Positions 26,755 to 40,489 are shown, numbered from the stretch's first letter. The stretch: 64,000 nucleotides of DNA from Octopus vulgaris (GCA_951406725.2 OX597824.1:28272001-28336000), one strand, 5' to 3'. A program made the numbers and translations. The notes: generated by a model from the sequence alone, not told the origin.

Positions 26755-27164
26755 TTTACGCTAATACACAGGTATTTGTATTTCATTTAATTATTCAAGT
26801 AAATTTAATATATGTTTCATTTAGAGTTAGGATGAACGTGACAAAGCCTGGAACGGTAAATACAAGCAATCTGGGAAATTTTTGGAACCAAACGTTCTGG
26901 GAACTCGATGTTGTACATGTATTTCATTTTAATTTTAGCACAAAACTAGCAACTTCTAGAGGTAGAGACAAGTCGGTTATGTTGATCCCAGAATACTGGT
27001 ACTGTATTTTATCAATCTTCAAATGTATAAAAGGCTAACTTAACAACGGAGATATTTGAACTCAGAACTTAACGAGGCGGAAGATATGTAGCTAAGCATT
27101 TTGTCTGACACCGCAACTTTTAAAATTGAAATTACATATAATATCATAAGGAACAATGAAGTCA

Positions 27165-27500
27165 ACGAGCTGGCAGAAACATTAGCACGCTGGGCGAAAT
27201 GCTTAGCGTTATTTCGTCTGCCGTTACGTTCTGAGCTCAAATTCCGCCTAGGTCGGCTTTGCCTATCATCCTTTTGGGGTCGATAAATTAAGTACCAGCT
27301 ACGTGTTTAGCCCCTTGTGGGAAATAAAGAAATAAGAATAGTTAGCACGGCAGGTAAAATGCTTAGTGGCATTTCTTACGTTCTTGGTTCTAATCCAGCC
27401 GAGGTCGACTTTGCCTTTATTCCTTTCGAGGTCTGTAAAATAAGTAGCACTTGAACACTGGAGTCGATGTAATCTACATTTGTGCTAAAAGTTGAAACCA
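27165..27500 (+). mobile_element. Two adjacent partial Meta-domain-type SINEs
   Basis: GAGCTGGCAGAAACATTAGCACG...GGGGTCGATAAATTAAGTACCAG, then a second GAGGTCGACTTTGCCTTT. Confidence 0.75.
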
Positions 27501-27587
27501 ATACCACAGGGAACAACTTATCTCACGCTCCTAGAGAGAGGGAAGCTTAAGTGCCACTTTTTAACGTGGTACGTATTAATCGATTGT

Positions 27588-27805
27588 ACTTATTTCTTTA
27601 TTGCCCACAAGGGAGCTAAACATAGAGGAGACAAACAAGGACAGATAAAGGGATTAAGTGAATTACATCGAACCCAGGGCGTAACTGGTACTTATTTAAT
27701 CGACACCGAAAGGATGAAAGGCAAAGTTGACCTCGGCGGAATTTGAATTCAGAACGAATTCGCCGGGTGTGCAAACGTTTCTGCCAGCACCCAGCACGCC
27801 ACCTT
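27588..27805 (-). mobile_element. Meta-domain-type SINE, tail 1, head partly deleted
   Basis: TATTTCTTTATTGCCCACAAGGG...CCGAAAGGATGAAAGGCAAAGTTGACCTCGGCGGAATTTGAA...GTTTCTGCCAGC. Confidence 0.85.
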
Positions 27806-28319
27806 GTTAGAAATTAATATTAAACAAAACGTACATAGAGTTAATGCTGGATGAATTTCTCGTACATAATTTTAGGCAAGTGATAATAAATACGATCAGA
27901 ATCAACTAAGAATGAGAGGTATTTTTGTGTAAAAGCTGGAGGAATTGATATTGACACTTAACAAAGACATTATCTCATTTTTCTGCTCACAAAGTTCTCT
28001 AAAGTTTGATGGGGTTTGCGCATGTTGCGTTTCAGGCGATGGCCTGAGCAATGACAAAATGTGAGGGGTTTGTACGCCTGTAGACATATCCAACCACTGG
28101 AATGTAGCAAGATTCACAAAGAAGAAAACTGACTTTACAGACAAAAATCTGCAAATATTGCAATTGAGGGAGAAAGTGCTAATACACGCATATTGCGAAA
28201 GACCAAGGAAACTTTTCAGCATTCCTCCTATTTACTCATTCTCTGTGTATATATGTGAGTGTGTATGTATATATTCATATATACATATGTATGTGTAAGT
28301 ACGTACGTGCATGTGGGTG

Positions 28320-28422
<103 letters not shown>

Positions 28423-28454
28423 AAATGTAATATGTGACAATTATTCGGTAGCCA

Positions 28455-28517
28455 TGATAAAACTCCGAGTTTCGGATGTCGGGGAGGAAATCCACGCCGC
28501 CATCTCTTCAGTCATCC
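28455..28517 (-). ncRNA. Type-I hammerhead ribozyme motif, slightly degenerate
   Basis: Minus strand: GGATGA-CTGAAGA-GATGGCGG...CCGACATC-C-GAAA-CTCGGAG-TT-TTATC; stem III ACTC-G-GAGT; stem II register shifted by one base. Confidence 0.6.
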
Positions 28518-28829
28518 GGTCATCGGAAAAAATGCTATGAAAATGACCGTTAAACAAAGGGAAATTACTGTGTGATTGACCGTTATTAAGACAAAAGAAT
28601 TATTTGAATGACCGCTAAGTGAAGGGAGGGAGTAAAAATAAGGGGTTAAAAATATTCATAGTAATCGCGTAAGCGCGCATGTTCATACTTACACATACGC
28701 GCCTGCACACCCACGTACATGCGCCTATAATTATACACTCATCGACCCTCACTTTAAAACATACACATTCTCACCCACACTATTCGCCAAAAAATGTGTA
28801 TATATATATATGTATATATATACAATCCC

Positions 28830-29330
28830 ACACACACACACGCACCAAAAGGTTCATACAGTCTATATACGCACAAGCAGATGAAAAAACAGGGCTAAAG
28901 GCAACAATACCAAAAAAAGTGTGAAGAAGTAAAGTATAAAATCAATAAGCAATAAGAGTAAAACACGTCTATATACGCACATACCCGTATGCATGCACAT
29001 ACACATGCCTCTATACGCGCATACCCGCACACGTCTACATATGCACACACACACACACGCGCGCACAAGAAAAGTTCATATACACGCCTATATGCGCACA
29101 TGCACAGGATAAAACAGGACTAACGGCAAAAATACAGGAAAATGCGTAAAAAAGACAATGTGTAAAACACGTCTATATACGCACATACTCGCATGCGCGC
29201 ACACATATCTATATACGCAAATACCCGCACACATCCATACGCGCACACAAAGGATTCCATATATACGTCTATATACGCACAGGAAAAAAGCAAGGTGGAA
29301 GGTAGAATACAGAAAAATTGTGTAAAAACT
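28830..29330. repeat. Diverged tandem repeat of about 200 bp (about 2.5 units)
   Basis: AAAACACGTCTATATACGCACATAC at about 28960 and 29164; GTCTATATACGCACA recurs at about 28861 and 29267. Confidence 0.7.
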
Positions 29331-29448
29331 ATATGAAAATAAAACTTTTAAACAATATCTCTATAAATATGTAAAAAATATATGTATAAAAAATATAAAT
29401 ATATATAAATAATATAAGTAAAATGTATAAAGAGATATTTCTTATTTA

Positions 29449-29825
29449 TCTCTATATATATAAAGCTGAAGTTGTCTGTGTGTGGCAGGTTTCGTAGCCT
29501 TCAACTAACACTTTTTCCTCCAAGGCCCTGCGGCGCAAGTTGACCAAAATTGAGAGTATGATAGAAGAAGGCTTGCTCTTCATTCTGTAGAAGAAAAATT
29601 CAAATCGGACCATGTTAACACCAAAAATTATTTACATCAAAAAAGTCTTTTTTCTATGAAAATCCCTATTTTTTACGATTTTTATACTGTTGTGTCGCCA
29701 TTTTTCGGTGTATTTAAACCAGAAAAATGTTCACTTAAAGAGAATAATGCACAGTTTTTACTTTTCAAAAATTTCAATTCTAAAGGGTTGAAATAAATCC
29801 AAGCAACGCCGGGCGATACTGCTAG
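29449..29825 (+). mobile_element. Non-autonomous Helitron (family 1), 377 bp
   Basis: A|TCTCTATATATATAAAGCTGAAGTTG...AGCAACGCCGGGCGATACTGCTAG|T. Confidence 0.88.
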
Positions 29826-30169
29826 TTATGTACAAAGAGATATTTCTTATATATTATGTATGTATATGTAATAAGCTAAAGAACATAAAAAATACAGAGA
29901 CAAACGGATAACAGCACAGAAGATCACCAAATCTTCATTTATTGACCAGATGATCAAATGAAATCTCGCACCTTTCGATAATACTTATCCATTCTGGTGG
30001 TGCCGGCAGCAAGAAACCGCCGGGAGAGGACAAGGCAATGAACAAGGGACCAGCCTTGACAGAAGGTGATCAAACAAGAAATGAATAAATATCCGAAACA
30101 GAAAGGGACATATGTTAGTGTATGTATATCTATATGTATGTATGCATGTGTGTATATATATGTATGTAT

Positions 30170-30570
30170 ATTTCTTTATTGCCCACAATGGGCTAAACAT
30201 AGAGGGGACAAACAAGGACAGACAAAGGGATTGAGTCGATTATATCGACCCCAGTGCGTAACTGGTACTTTATTTATCGACCCCGAAAAGATGAAAGGCA
30301 AAGTCGACGTCGACGGAATTTGAACTCAGAACGTAACGGCAGACGAAATACTTATTTCTGTACTAAACACAGAGGAGACAAACAAGGACAGACAAACGGA
30401 ATGAGTCGATTATATCGGCACCAGTGCGTAACTGGTACTTTATTTATCGACCCCGAAAGGATGAACGGCAAAGTCGACCTCGACGGAATTTGAACTCAGA
30501 ACGTAACGGCATACAAAATACGGCTACGCATTTCGCCCGGCGTGCTAACGTTTCTCCCAGATCACCGCCT
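30170..30570 (-). mobile_element. Dimeric Meta-domain-type SINE (tail 1 + tail 1)
   Basis: Two tandem units joined at CGGCAGACGAAATAC|TTATTTC; tRNA head only at the right end. Confidence 0.88.
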
Positions 30571-31339
30571 TTATATATATGTATTGAAAGAATATTCTTC
30601 ATCTTGAAATGAAGTTTATATCTCATAACTTTAAGCAGGAGTAAAAATCGTATATGAAAAATATCATTTATATCTGCATATCTCATTGATTTGGTCACAA
30701 AGTCAACATTGATAGTTCTTACAATTAAAGAAAGTTATGGTTTATGGTTCAATTAAAACTAAAAATGCTGGAATTACGTTTTTTTTTTTTTACTGTGAAA
30801 CCAATCATAGTATAGTATAGACAGAAATATCTGTTGATTAATCAAATATGATAATGTTACTTTTCCAATTCTCCTATTTGGTATTGGTGTCAAAAGAATA
30901 TTTCTATATTTATGTAATTTTCTATTTAGTAATATTTTCTATTCTTTGTTTGATTTCGAACAATCATCATATAGGAATTAGACATTGAAATTCATTTAGC
31001 ATTCGTTTGTAAATTGGCAAGCAGCGTCTCACCGACATATGATCATGTTTGATATTTTCTTTAATATGCAAATACTTATGGTCGTTCATCTATATGTTGG
31101 CATGTGTATATACGTACAAATCTATATTGATATGTATTTATTCGTGTGTGTCTGTATGTGTGTGTGTGTGTGTGTGAGCGTAAATTCATATATGTCCATA
31201 AGTACGTGTGTGTATTTGTAAATGATATCAAAGCGTATAAGAACATATCGAACATATGAGTCACATAAATGATAAATGTATTTTACCAACATGTCAGTAG
31301 AAAATTTATACATCCAGCAAAAACATACATACACATACA

Positions 31340-31400
<61 letters not shown>

Positions 31401-31724
31401 CTATGCACATGAGTATGTTTGCGCGTGTATGAATGTGTGTGAGTACGTGATTAGTGAATGTGCGTGTGTGTGTGAGTATGTGCGTGTCGGTGTGTTTATC
31501 TATTTGATAACGATTATTGAAATTGGCTCTTTTTACTTTATTACTTTTTATTTCGTTTATTTATTTATTTTTCAATTTTTAAAATATTGTTTAAATAAAA
31601 AAAATTAGCTGCATCAGTATCTACTGGAAGATAGGAAAGAAATTATTCTAATTGCCTTTAGATGAGCTGAATGTAGACATAATTGGTAGTTTGTACAATA
31701 TTTTGTAAAATATTATGCACACAG

Positions 31725-31756
<32 letters not shown>

Positions 31757-31760
31757 CAAA

Positions 31761-31791
31761 TACATCATCTCCACACCTTCCAATATATATA

Positions 31792-31826
<35 letters not shown>

Positions 31827-31858
31827 TTATATATATTGGAAGGTGTGGAGATGATGTA
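31761..31858. repeat. Perfect 48-bp-arm palindrome
   Basis: TACATCATCTCCACACCTTCCAATATATATAAATATATATATATATAT, AC, then exact reverse complement. Confidence 0.95.
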
Positions 31859-34439
31859 CAGGTTTGATTTGAAAACCCCACTAGAATGGGAGAAAGCGCT
31901 AATGATCTAAGTGATATGATATATATATATATATAAAATGTAATATATAAATAAATATATATATATATATACACACAATAGGCACAGGAGAGTATGTGTG
32001 GCAAAATATATTTCTTCCCAACCGCATGGTTCCGGTTTCAATTCCACTGTGTGGCACCCTGGGCAAGTGTCTTCTACTATAGCCTCAGTTATCATTCATC
32101 AACAGTCTTTCACCTCCACACCGATTAAGAAACCCTGACCAACCCCACACGCATCTAAATCCCATATATAGACTCACAAAACCCCTTAATCCTCAGATCT
32201 GTTTGACAAAGAATGTTAGAAATTCTCCAAAGAAGTTAACAGGAAAGTTTTGTCTAAAAGTTTTTTAAAAGGACTCCACACCCAAGTTATCATAGAACTT
32301 TATCGATCTATGAACAAAAAATTGTATTGTTAAAAATAATGAATTAAGCTGATTAGAACTACTAGTGAAGTCATTCTTTTTCTTTTTCAAATATACTTAA
32401 CTGTACCAAGGATCTCATACATTTTCCAATATATATATATATATATATATATCCTTATGTTTGTGTGCGTGTGTGTTTGTCCGCCCACCATCACTTGTTG
32501 TGTTTACGTTAGCGTCTCTTCAAAAGAGACCGATAGAATAAGTACCAGGCTTACAAAAAATAAGTTCTGGGGTTGATTCTTTTCGATTAAAGGTGATTGT
32601 ACAGGATGGCCACAGTCAAATGACTGAAACATATAAAGGAGTAAAAGAGCAAAGGTTAGGGTGTTGCATTAACGATTGCTTGATTGTAGATTCGACTCTC
32701 ACACTGGGCTGACATATTGTTCTTGGGCAAAGCACTTCATTTCAAGCTACTCCATTCCATTCAACTGCAAATGTGCATCCCTGCCACGGGCTAACCCTTC
32801 CGATCAGTGAGAATGTTGGCCTCTTCGCCTACCCAACGGATAAAGTGATGTGAAGCGCATTGGGACCAGTGATGTGAAGCGCATTGGGACCAGTGATGTG
32901 TAACACGATTCAATTGTCTGGTCAATAAATACTGCCGTGCCGTGATATGCATACATGCACACATATCAGTGTGTGTCTTTCCGTCTGTGAATCCAACTGC
33001 AATGTTGTACTGATAAATGTTTCACCATGTCTTTATGTTGTCTTTGTAAGTGAAGTAATGCTTCTAGTGTTTACCGCATTGGCCTTGAGAACTACTTTCA
33101 TTTACCACTATTCAATAATGCTGAAGAAGTATTTGTCCCCCTTTCCAAAATCGCTAAGCAACCATTTAAGGTTTTGAGTTCTGTCTCACTCAGGGCAACT
33201 GTCATCCTCTTTTAGCTCCGTGTCAACCAATGTCTTGTGAGTAAAATTTTGTAGACGGAAGCTGTATAAAACCTCATCCTATACATACAAAGTATGTCCT
33301 TGTCTCTGTACCTTTCTCCTCCTAAAATTGAGAAATGTTGCTGTTTTGTTTACCTCCAAGTAGTAGAGGGTTTACGAAAAGAAATTGATTAAATACGTAC
33401 CACACTTAAATACATTCGATCATATTACATAACAAATATACGTCATGCAGTTGATTTCTTTGACAAAATAGCTTCATGGTGGAACCCCAGCATGGCCGCA
33501 GTACAATGAGTGAAAGAAGAAGAGAGAAAAGATCGTATGACAATGCGCTATAGCATTTATGAGAGTGTCCCTTTTTATGTTACGACTGTAAGCTTCTTTT
33601 AAATACGTTTCCAGTTGCTCATATTTTCTCCTTTCTTTTGTATCATGAATGGTCGTAGGCATTCAAACTTTTACGACTGCCATGAAAATACCGAACACGT
33701 TTTAACAGCGAAATTCGTGGAAAAGCCTATTAAATGTCGATAACAAATTTGCATTAGGTATCGAATATAAAGAGTGGAGAACTAAAAGAAATATCGTATT
33801 TGTATCATGAGTAGCTTATTAAATATGATATTAATTCAAGCTTTGGTAAATATTATCATCAATGCAATATTACAAGCAAATATATTGTCTGTGTGTTATA
33901 GAAATTAAATTCACAGCCTAATTTATACGTCTACATTTATTTTGTTTCGTATGAATAATCTTCAGTACCTGCTCAGCAGGATATTCCGTTTAATCTTCAT
34001 CTAATACGAAGTGATAAAGCTGCGGTAATGAAGTGGAAACCTTTACAAGCGATAGTTTAGAATTTTGACGCGTTCATGCTTTACTCAAAGTAGGGATGAT
34101 AATAAAATAGCTTTTATCTTCTACTTGTTTCAGTCACTAGACTGCGGCCACGCTGGGACACTACCTTGGTGCTTATTATTATCTTTTCTGTTTTCTTTTA
34201 AAATCTGGTACTTATTCTCTGTGTCTGTCTTGTTGAACCGCTAGGACACGAGGAAGGAAACACAACATCACCGGCTGTCAAGTGGTGATTGAGGGCATAA
34301 ATACAGACACAAAGAAACATACACGCAGACAAACACACACACGTACATATAATTTGTTACTATTTTTTTGCCGTTCATTTAAGTTCGTTTAGAAATTGGG
34401 ACAAAATGAATACTACCAGACTTAGTAAGCTAATTTGGA

Positions 34440-34503
<64 letters not shown>

Positions 34504-34573
34504 GTTTCAGCTTCCGTCTTCCAAGTCCATTCATTTTCATTGGCCCGAGGCTATAATAGTAGTTTCGGTTGCT

Positions 34574-34740
34574 TCGGAAATATTTAGTAAAGCAAAACAA
34601 TATAGAACAGGCGATAATAGATGTGAATTTTGTGTGGAAGAAACGTACCAAATATTCACTTGTAAATTTACTCTGATGAGCATTAGACAAGAACTTGCTA
34701 TGAAGTGTCCACACGGATAAAATATACGTTTAAACGATTT
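34574..34740 (+). mobile_element. Penelope-like element ORF C-terminal fragment (distal GIY-YIG endonuclease region)
   Basis: EIFSKAKQYRTGDNRCEFCVEETYQIFTCKFTLMSIRQELAMKCPH resembles the 'A..Y....RCxLCxxEK..I....LNxRxE....CxH' end of some PLE ORFs. Confidence 0.65.
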
Positions 34741-34830
34741 ATGGAAACATAATTTACCATCTGTATTAATTATACTAGTTAAAATATTGATTGTGATAAT
34801 TAATGATTTTTATGCAAAGATTACTAATAA

Positions 34831-34899
<69 letters not shown>

Positions 34900-35239
34900 T
34901 ATTAATTGAGGGTATAAACCCAAAATAAGTGAAATACCTCTGAATAAATAAGGTAGCCCATACAGTAAAATGTATACACAGCAGCTACAATTAATTGTAA
35001 TGTAAGTAAACATTTTAAAACCCTGCTTTGAAATGTAAAATACCAACAGCAGAATCTTGTTTGAATTAGTTCCGTTTGAAAACGTCGTAATGATGGACCT
35101 TTGAAATTGCAGCAATTAGGATAAATAATTTGATATACAGAAATATTTAGTAGCTGCAGTAGAAACATATGTTGGTCATTGTTACATAAGCTGCAGAAAA
35201 CATCTTAATAAAAATCTCCACTCTCCTCTTGCTTTTCAA

Positions 35240-35297
<58 letters not shown>

Positions 35298-35937
35298 TGG
35301 ATTGTTTCAGTTTCCATCTTCCATGTCCACTCATTTTGGTTGGCCCGAGGCTATAATAGAAGATTCTTACCGAAGCGACCGAACAGTGGGATTGAACCCG
35401 AAACTATGCGGTTCAGAAGCAAACTTCTTTCCATGTAGTCACTCGTGCGCCCATCTAGCAAGCGTAATAAAGTAGCTTTTATCTATTATCTTCTCGTTAT
35501 GCTTCAGTCAGTAGACTACGGCCATACTAACACAGCCTTGAATCCAACGCTTGTTTTGAGCATGGTACTTACTCTATTGAACTTTTATGCGTCGCTAGAG
35601 GATCCTTGCCTGAGGTGTCAAGCACTGGAACGGCCGCAAACCACTTGGTTGCAAAGCAATTTTTTTATGGGCAAGGTTATGCCTGTAACTATATATAGCA
35701 AACTAATAACAATAATGTCTTTGAAATGCAGAAGGCAAATAAAAAATGTGGAACTCATCGATTTGATCGAACTCAGTGCATGATTTTATTAATTGATTCT
35801 TGATGGATGAAAAGGAAAGCTGGCCTCGCCGAGATTTGAATTCTAAACGTAAAGGACCGAAATATAATTCTGTAAATGTGTTGCTGGAATTGCAAGAAAA
35901 AAATGTCAAATCTAAGTAAAATCCCAACGTACTAGAT

Positions 35938-36337
35938 ATTATTTTCTACTCTATGCACAAGGCCCGAAATTTTGGGGGAAGGAGCCAGTCGAATACATCG
36001 ATCCCAGTACGCAACTGGTAGTTAATTTATCGACCCTCGAAAGGATAAAAGGTAAAGCCAACCTCGGCGGAATTTGAACACTGAACGTAGCGGCAGACGA
36101 AATACCTATTTCTTTACTACCCACAAGGGGCTAAACACGGAGAGGACAAAGAAGGACAGACAAACGGATTAAGTCGATTATATCGACCCCAGTGTGCAAT
36201 TGGTTCTTATTTAATCGACACCGAAAGGATGAAAGGCAAAGTCGACCTCGGCGGAATTTGAACTCAGAACGTAGGGGCAGACAAAATACCGGTAAGTATT
36301 TCGCCCGACGTGCTAAAGTTTCTGCCAGCTCGCCGCC
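35938..36337 (-). mobile_element. Dimeric Meta-domain-type SINE (head, tail 1, second core, tail 2)
   Basis: Two cores joined at CGGCAGACGAAATAC|CTATTTCTTT; head ...TTTCTGCCAGCTCGCCGCC at right end. Confidence 0.9.
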
Positions 36338-37302
36338 TCCCCAACGAAATAGCTATTACAATATAAAAAAGCCCTAATGTCGATTCTGTCATTTAATTTA
36401 TATTTTCCCTTCCCAGCTTCTTTATTTGGAAATTCTATCCAATGCTTAGGGTATAGTTTGAGGGAGATTTTGTCTCTATTTCTGGAAAGCCTTACGATCA
36501 GGAAGACTCTGAATCGGTGCCTGGACGAGTAAGTAGAAGCCTGCAAATTGGCATCGTTGGAACAGGTTTTTTTCCTTATATAACAACTCGATGGAAATAG
36601 CATTGAATATTCTCTCACACTTCAAGATAGAAACATTAACGTGACATTCGTAATACGTGCGTTGACTGATAAATGCCTTCAGCATTTAGAACAGAATAAA
36701 ACTGATATTCAAGAAAAATAAGTAACGCATTCGTTTCTTCCGAAATACTTTTGGCAAGTAGTCGTAAAAACAACAATTGGCTTTTATCTTTTGCTGTTAG
36801 TGATGAACTTGCAGCTCTTTAAATTTATAAGGAACATGAAATGGATTTTATTTCGAGCTTTGACAATTATTATTTATATTATTTTCCTCTATTTTCTTCC
36901 ATTTTCTTTATTTTCTACGCATTTTCTTCTTTCGTTGCATTTAACTATTTATTTTCGATTGTTTCTTTTTTATTTTCCTCTTATTTCTCTCCTTTTCTTT
37001 CCACCGTCATCTCCCACATCATTCTGATTTCTTCTTTTCCTTCTTCTCCTTCTTCTACTTCTTCTCTTCTTCTTTCTCCCCCTCACGTTCTCTTCTTCTT
37101 CTTCGCCTTCTTCTTCTAACTTCTCCTCCATTTTTTTTTCGCTGTACTTCCTAAGTGAGACATTGCCTTCACTCTGTTAACACATTACTGCAACAATAAA
37201 TTAAATTGTTCACATTTTTCCATCATTTCTCGACATTACATATCCGTTGAGAGAGCTTTCTGCAATCACGTCGAAAGAGACGAATAAGGAACATATCTAT
37301 AC

Positions 37303-37355
<53 letters not shown>

Positions 37356-37426
37356 TGTGTATGTGTGGATGTGTTTGGTACGCGTGTTTGTGTATATCTA
37401 TGTAAGTGCGCAAATATGTATGAGCG

Positions 37427-37465
<39 letters not shown>

Positions 37466-38089
37466 GGTGCATACGTGTATATATATATTTGAATATGCAT
37501 CGTATGTATATGTATATAGATAGACATATATACATACTATAGTCACATATAAACACATACATATATGTACACACATGCATACATCCACAAATACAACATA
37601 CTCTTTCTCTCTCCTTCACAAACACACAAACACACATACATATATATACATATAGAATGCATGAAGAAGCTTTAACGATCACAGGAAATGTGCTATAATG
37701 CTGCTGCTATCACGACAACGACGACGACAACCACCACTACCACCACTACTACTATTACTGCTACTGCTGCTGCTACATCTTCTGCTGTAACAGTTGTTGC
37801 TTCTGCTGCTGCTGCTCCCAAGTTGCTTTATGGATATGGTTTTATTATATTTTGTTCTCTGTAGCAAATATTTTTAACGTAACATAAGAAATGAAATCCA
37901 TTTTCTTTATAAACTCCTTCATATGATGTATCTGCTTGTCTTTGGACGGACCAACTGATGTATACTTTCCTCCTGCTAAGACGTTCTTGCTGTGAAATAG
38001 TATGTGCTGCGTGCATTATATGTGTTTGTGAATTTATCTGTGTATGCCTCTGTGAGTGTGTTTGTGTGTGTGTATGGAAGAAGTCGAGG

Positions 38090-38405
38090 GAAGGTGCGTG
38101 GCTTGGTGGTTAATGCATTTGGCTCAAAATCATGAGGTTGTGAGTTCGATTGCCGACGGCGCGTTGTGTCCTTGGGTAAAACATTTTATTCCTTTTATTT
38201 CCGGTTACTCCTGTCCAATTAGACAGTAAAAATTAGTAGCACCTGTGATTCGAAAGGTCGGCTGCTTTGTCACATTATTTATTATGCTGAATCCCCTCCT
38301 CCTGGGAGCTACGTTAAGGGTAAGCGTTTCTTTGCTCAGCCGCTTGCAAGTTAATTTTACGAACTGTCTGTTCTATTTCTGAGATCAACTGGTACAGTAA
38401 TCGTC

Positions 38406-38408
<3 letters not shown>
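38090..38408 (+). mobile_element. Old tRNA/CORE-type SINE, tail type B
   Basis: TGGCTTGGTGGTTAA...GTGAGTTCGATT...TGTGTCCTTGGG...CTACGTTAAGGGTA...GATCAACTGG. Confidence 0.7.
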
Positions 38409-38451
<43 letters not shown>

Positions 38452-38599
38452 CTGTGTTTGTATGTGCGAGAGTTTCTGCGTGTCACAGTGTGTGTGTCTA
38501 TGTGCATGTGTGTGCGATTGTATGTGTATCTATGAGATCTTCGGCATGAGATTAAAGTTCAGCTTTCAGCCTATGTGGTAAAAAGCTTGCTTCTGAACC

Positions 38600-39081
38600 T
38601 GAACGAGAGCTGGAGTCGGAGAATTTGTAAGAATCTGTGGAAATTTTATATTCAATGGACAAGAAATTAGAAAAATAATAGACCAGACATAACAATAATA
38701 GACAAGAAAAGCGAAGTTGCCTACGAATTGATCCATCATATCCGTTTGATTCCGCAATCATAAAGAAAGAAGACGAAAAAAAAATATAATCCCTTCAAAG
38801 TTGAAATTGCAAGAATTTGGAATATGAAAATTGTAAAGGTTGTGCCTATAACAATTGGTGCATTGGGAACTGTAAGCGAAGATATAGGCAAATGGTTGAA
38901 GGAAATTGAAATAGAATATCCTGTAGATTTTCTATATAACGTTTGCCTCTTAGAGACAGGAAAGAATATCTTGAGGGTCTTAAGCACTTGAATTAAAAGC
39001 TTGTAGATATCTAAGGTTGCAGATAGTAACCCGCTACCCGCATAAATTCTACGAGGAATAAAAACGAATCTGAGTCACATC
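38600..39081 (+). mobile_element. R4/Dong-clade LINE 3' fragment with RLE endonuclease motifs
   Basis: NRPDITIIDKK...IDPSYPFD...KVEIARIWNMKIVKVVPITIGALGTVS...ILRVLST* (stop 38989-38991); 3' UTR then (AAT)n. Confidence 0.88.
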
Positions 39082-39360
<279 letters not shown>

Positions 39361-39499
39361 TTTTTATTAGCCACTAGGGCCGAATACAAAACAAAAAGCG
39401 ACCATTGGAGCTTAGCGCAAAAGAGGAAACGTGTATGCAATAAAATAACATCGATTATTAACAAAATTTAAACGATAAAATTCCTCGAAAGTTAATGAA

Positions 39500-40075
39500 T
39501 TCCACACATCCTTATGGTCCCGACTGCCAGGGGCATCTCAACCAAGCATCTCTCTTCTCCTCAATGCCTCTGGCCTACAGGCGTATGTTGAGTGTGGACT
39601 ATTCACCAACCTTTCAACAACATTACTGGGCGAAGAGAGGCAGAACGTCCCACTGAACCCTCATTTTCCTTTTCAAGTGGAACTTGAAAGAGTGCACAAG
39701 CACTTGGACAGAGTGTGAGTATTTCTCTCTAGTCCTCTCAGCCTCGTCCACCACACTACATCTTTCGCCGTAGTTACCAGACAGAGGAAAACTGCGAGGC
39801 GATCTTCACGATGGGTTCGGCACATAAAAGGATCCGTCCTAAACGCATCAAAAGCTTTTCGAAAAATCAGCACAAGTCAGCAATCTCTGGACACCAGTTG
39901 AATGCATGCGGAAATGTCTCTTCACCCTCAAACCATCACGGAGAGATCCTTCTGACAGGGCTTCCCTGCCTATAGAGCTTGATTCGAACCGGCAGAGCTC
40001 TCTACCCCACCCCAGCTGCACTGCCAAGCCAGACATTTTTGGAATTATCACTTCATAAGACGGAATATTCTTCAA
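39500..40075 (-). mobile_element. L1/Tx1-clade LINE ORF2 C-terminal fragment
   Basis: Minus strand EETFPHAFNWCPEIADL (knuckle remnant) and FLCLVTTAKDVVWWTRLRGL...FKFHLKRKMRV; GC-richer than flanks. Confidence 0.65.
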
Positions 40076-40294
40076 GGCAATACCCCAGCATGGCTGCAGT
40101 TTAATGATTCAAACAAGCAAAAGATTAATGTGTGTGTGTGTGGTTGTGTGTGTGGTGGGGACGCGTGTATACACACGAAGATGTGCTGCAATGTTTAGGG
40201 GCCAACAATGGAGTGATGCTAGAGCTGTGCTGTAAAACTTTGCTTGCATTAATTCAATTATTCTTATTTATAACTGTATTTCTTTGCAGGTAAG

Positions 40295-40342
<48 letters not shown>

Positions 40343-40373
40343 CACACAGGAACACGCACACACACACACGAAA

Positions 40374-40449
<76 letters not shown>

Positions 40450-40489
40450 GAAAGATCCACGGAGCACGATGCACGGAGTTAGTTAGGGA

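Noticed and set aside
27902-28222. 106-aa ORF in non-repetitive sequence
   Set aside because: No recognisable motifs in any frame read
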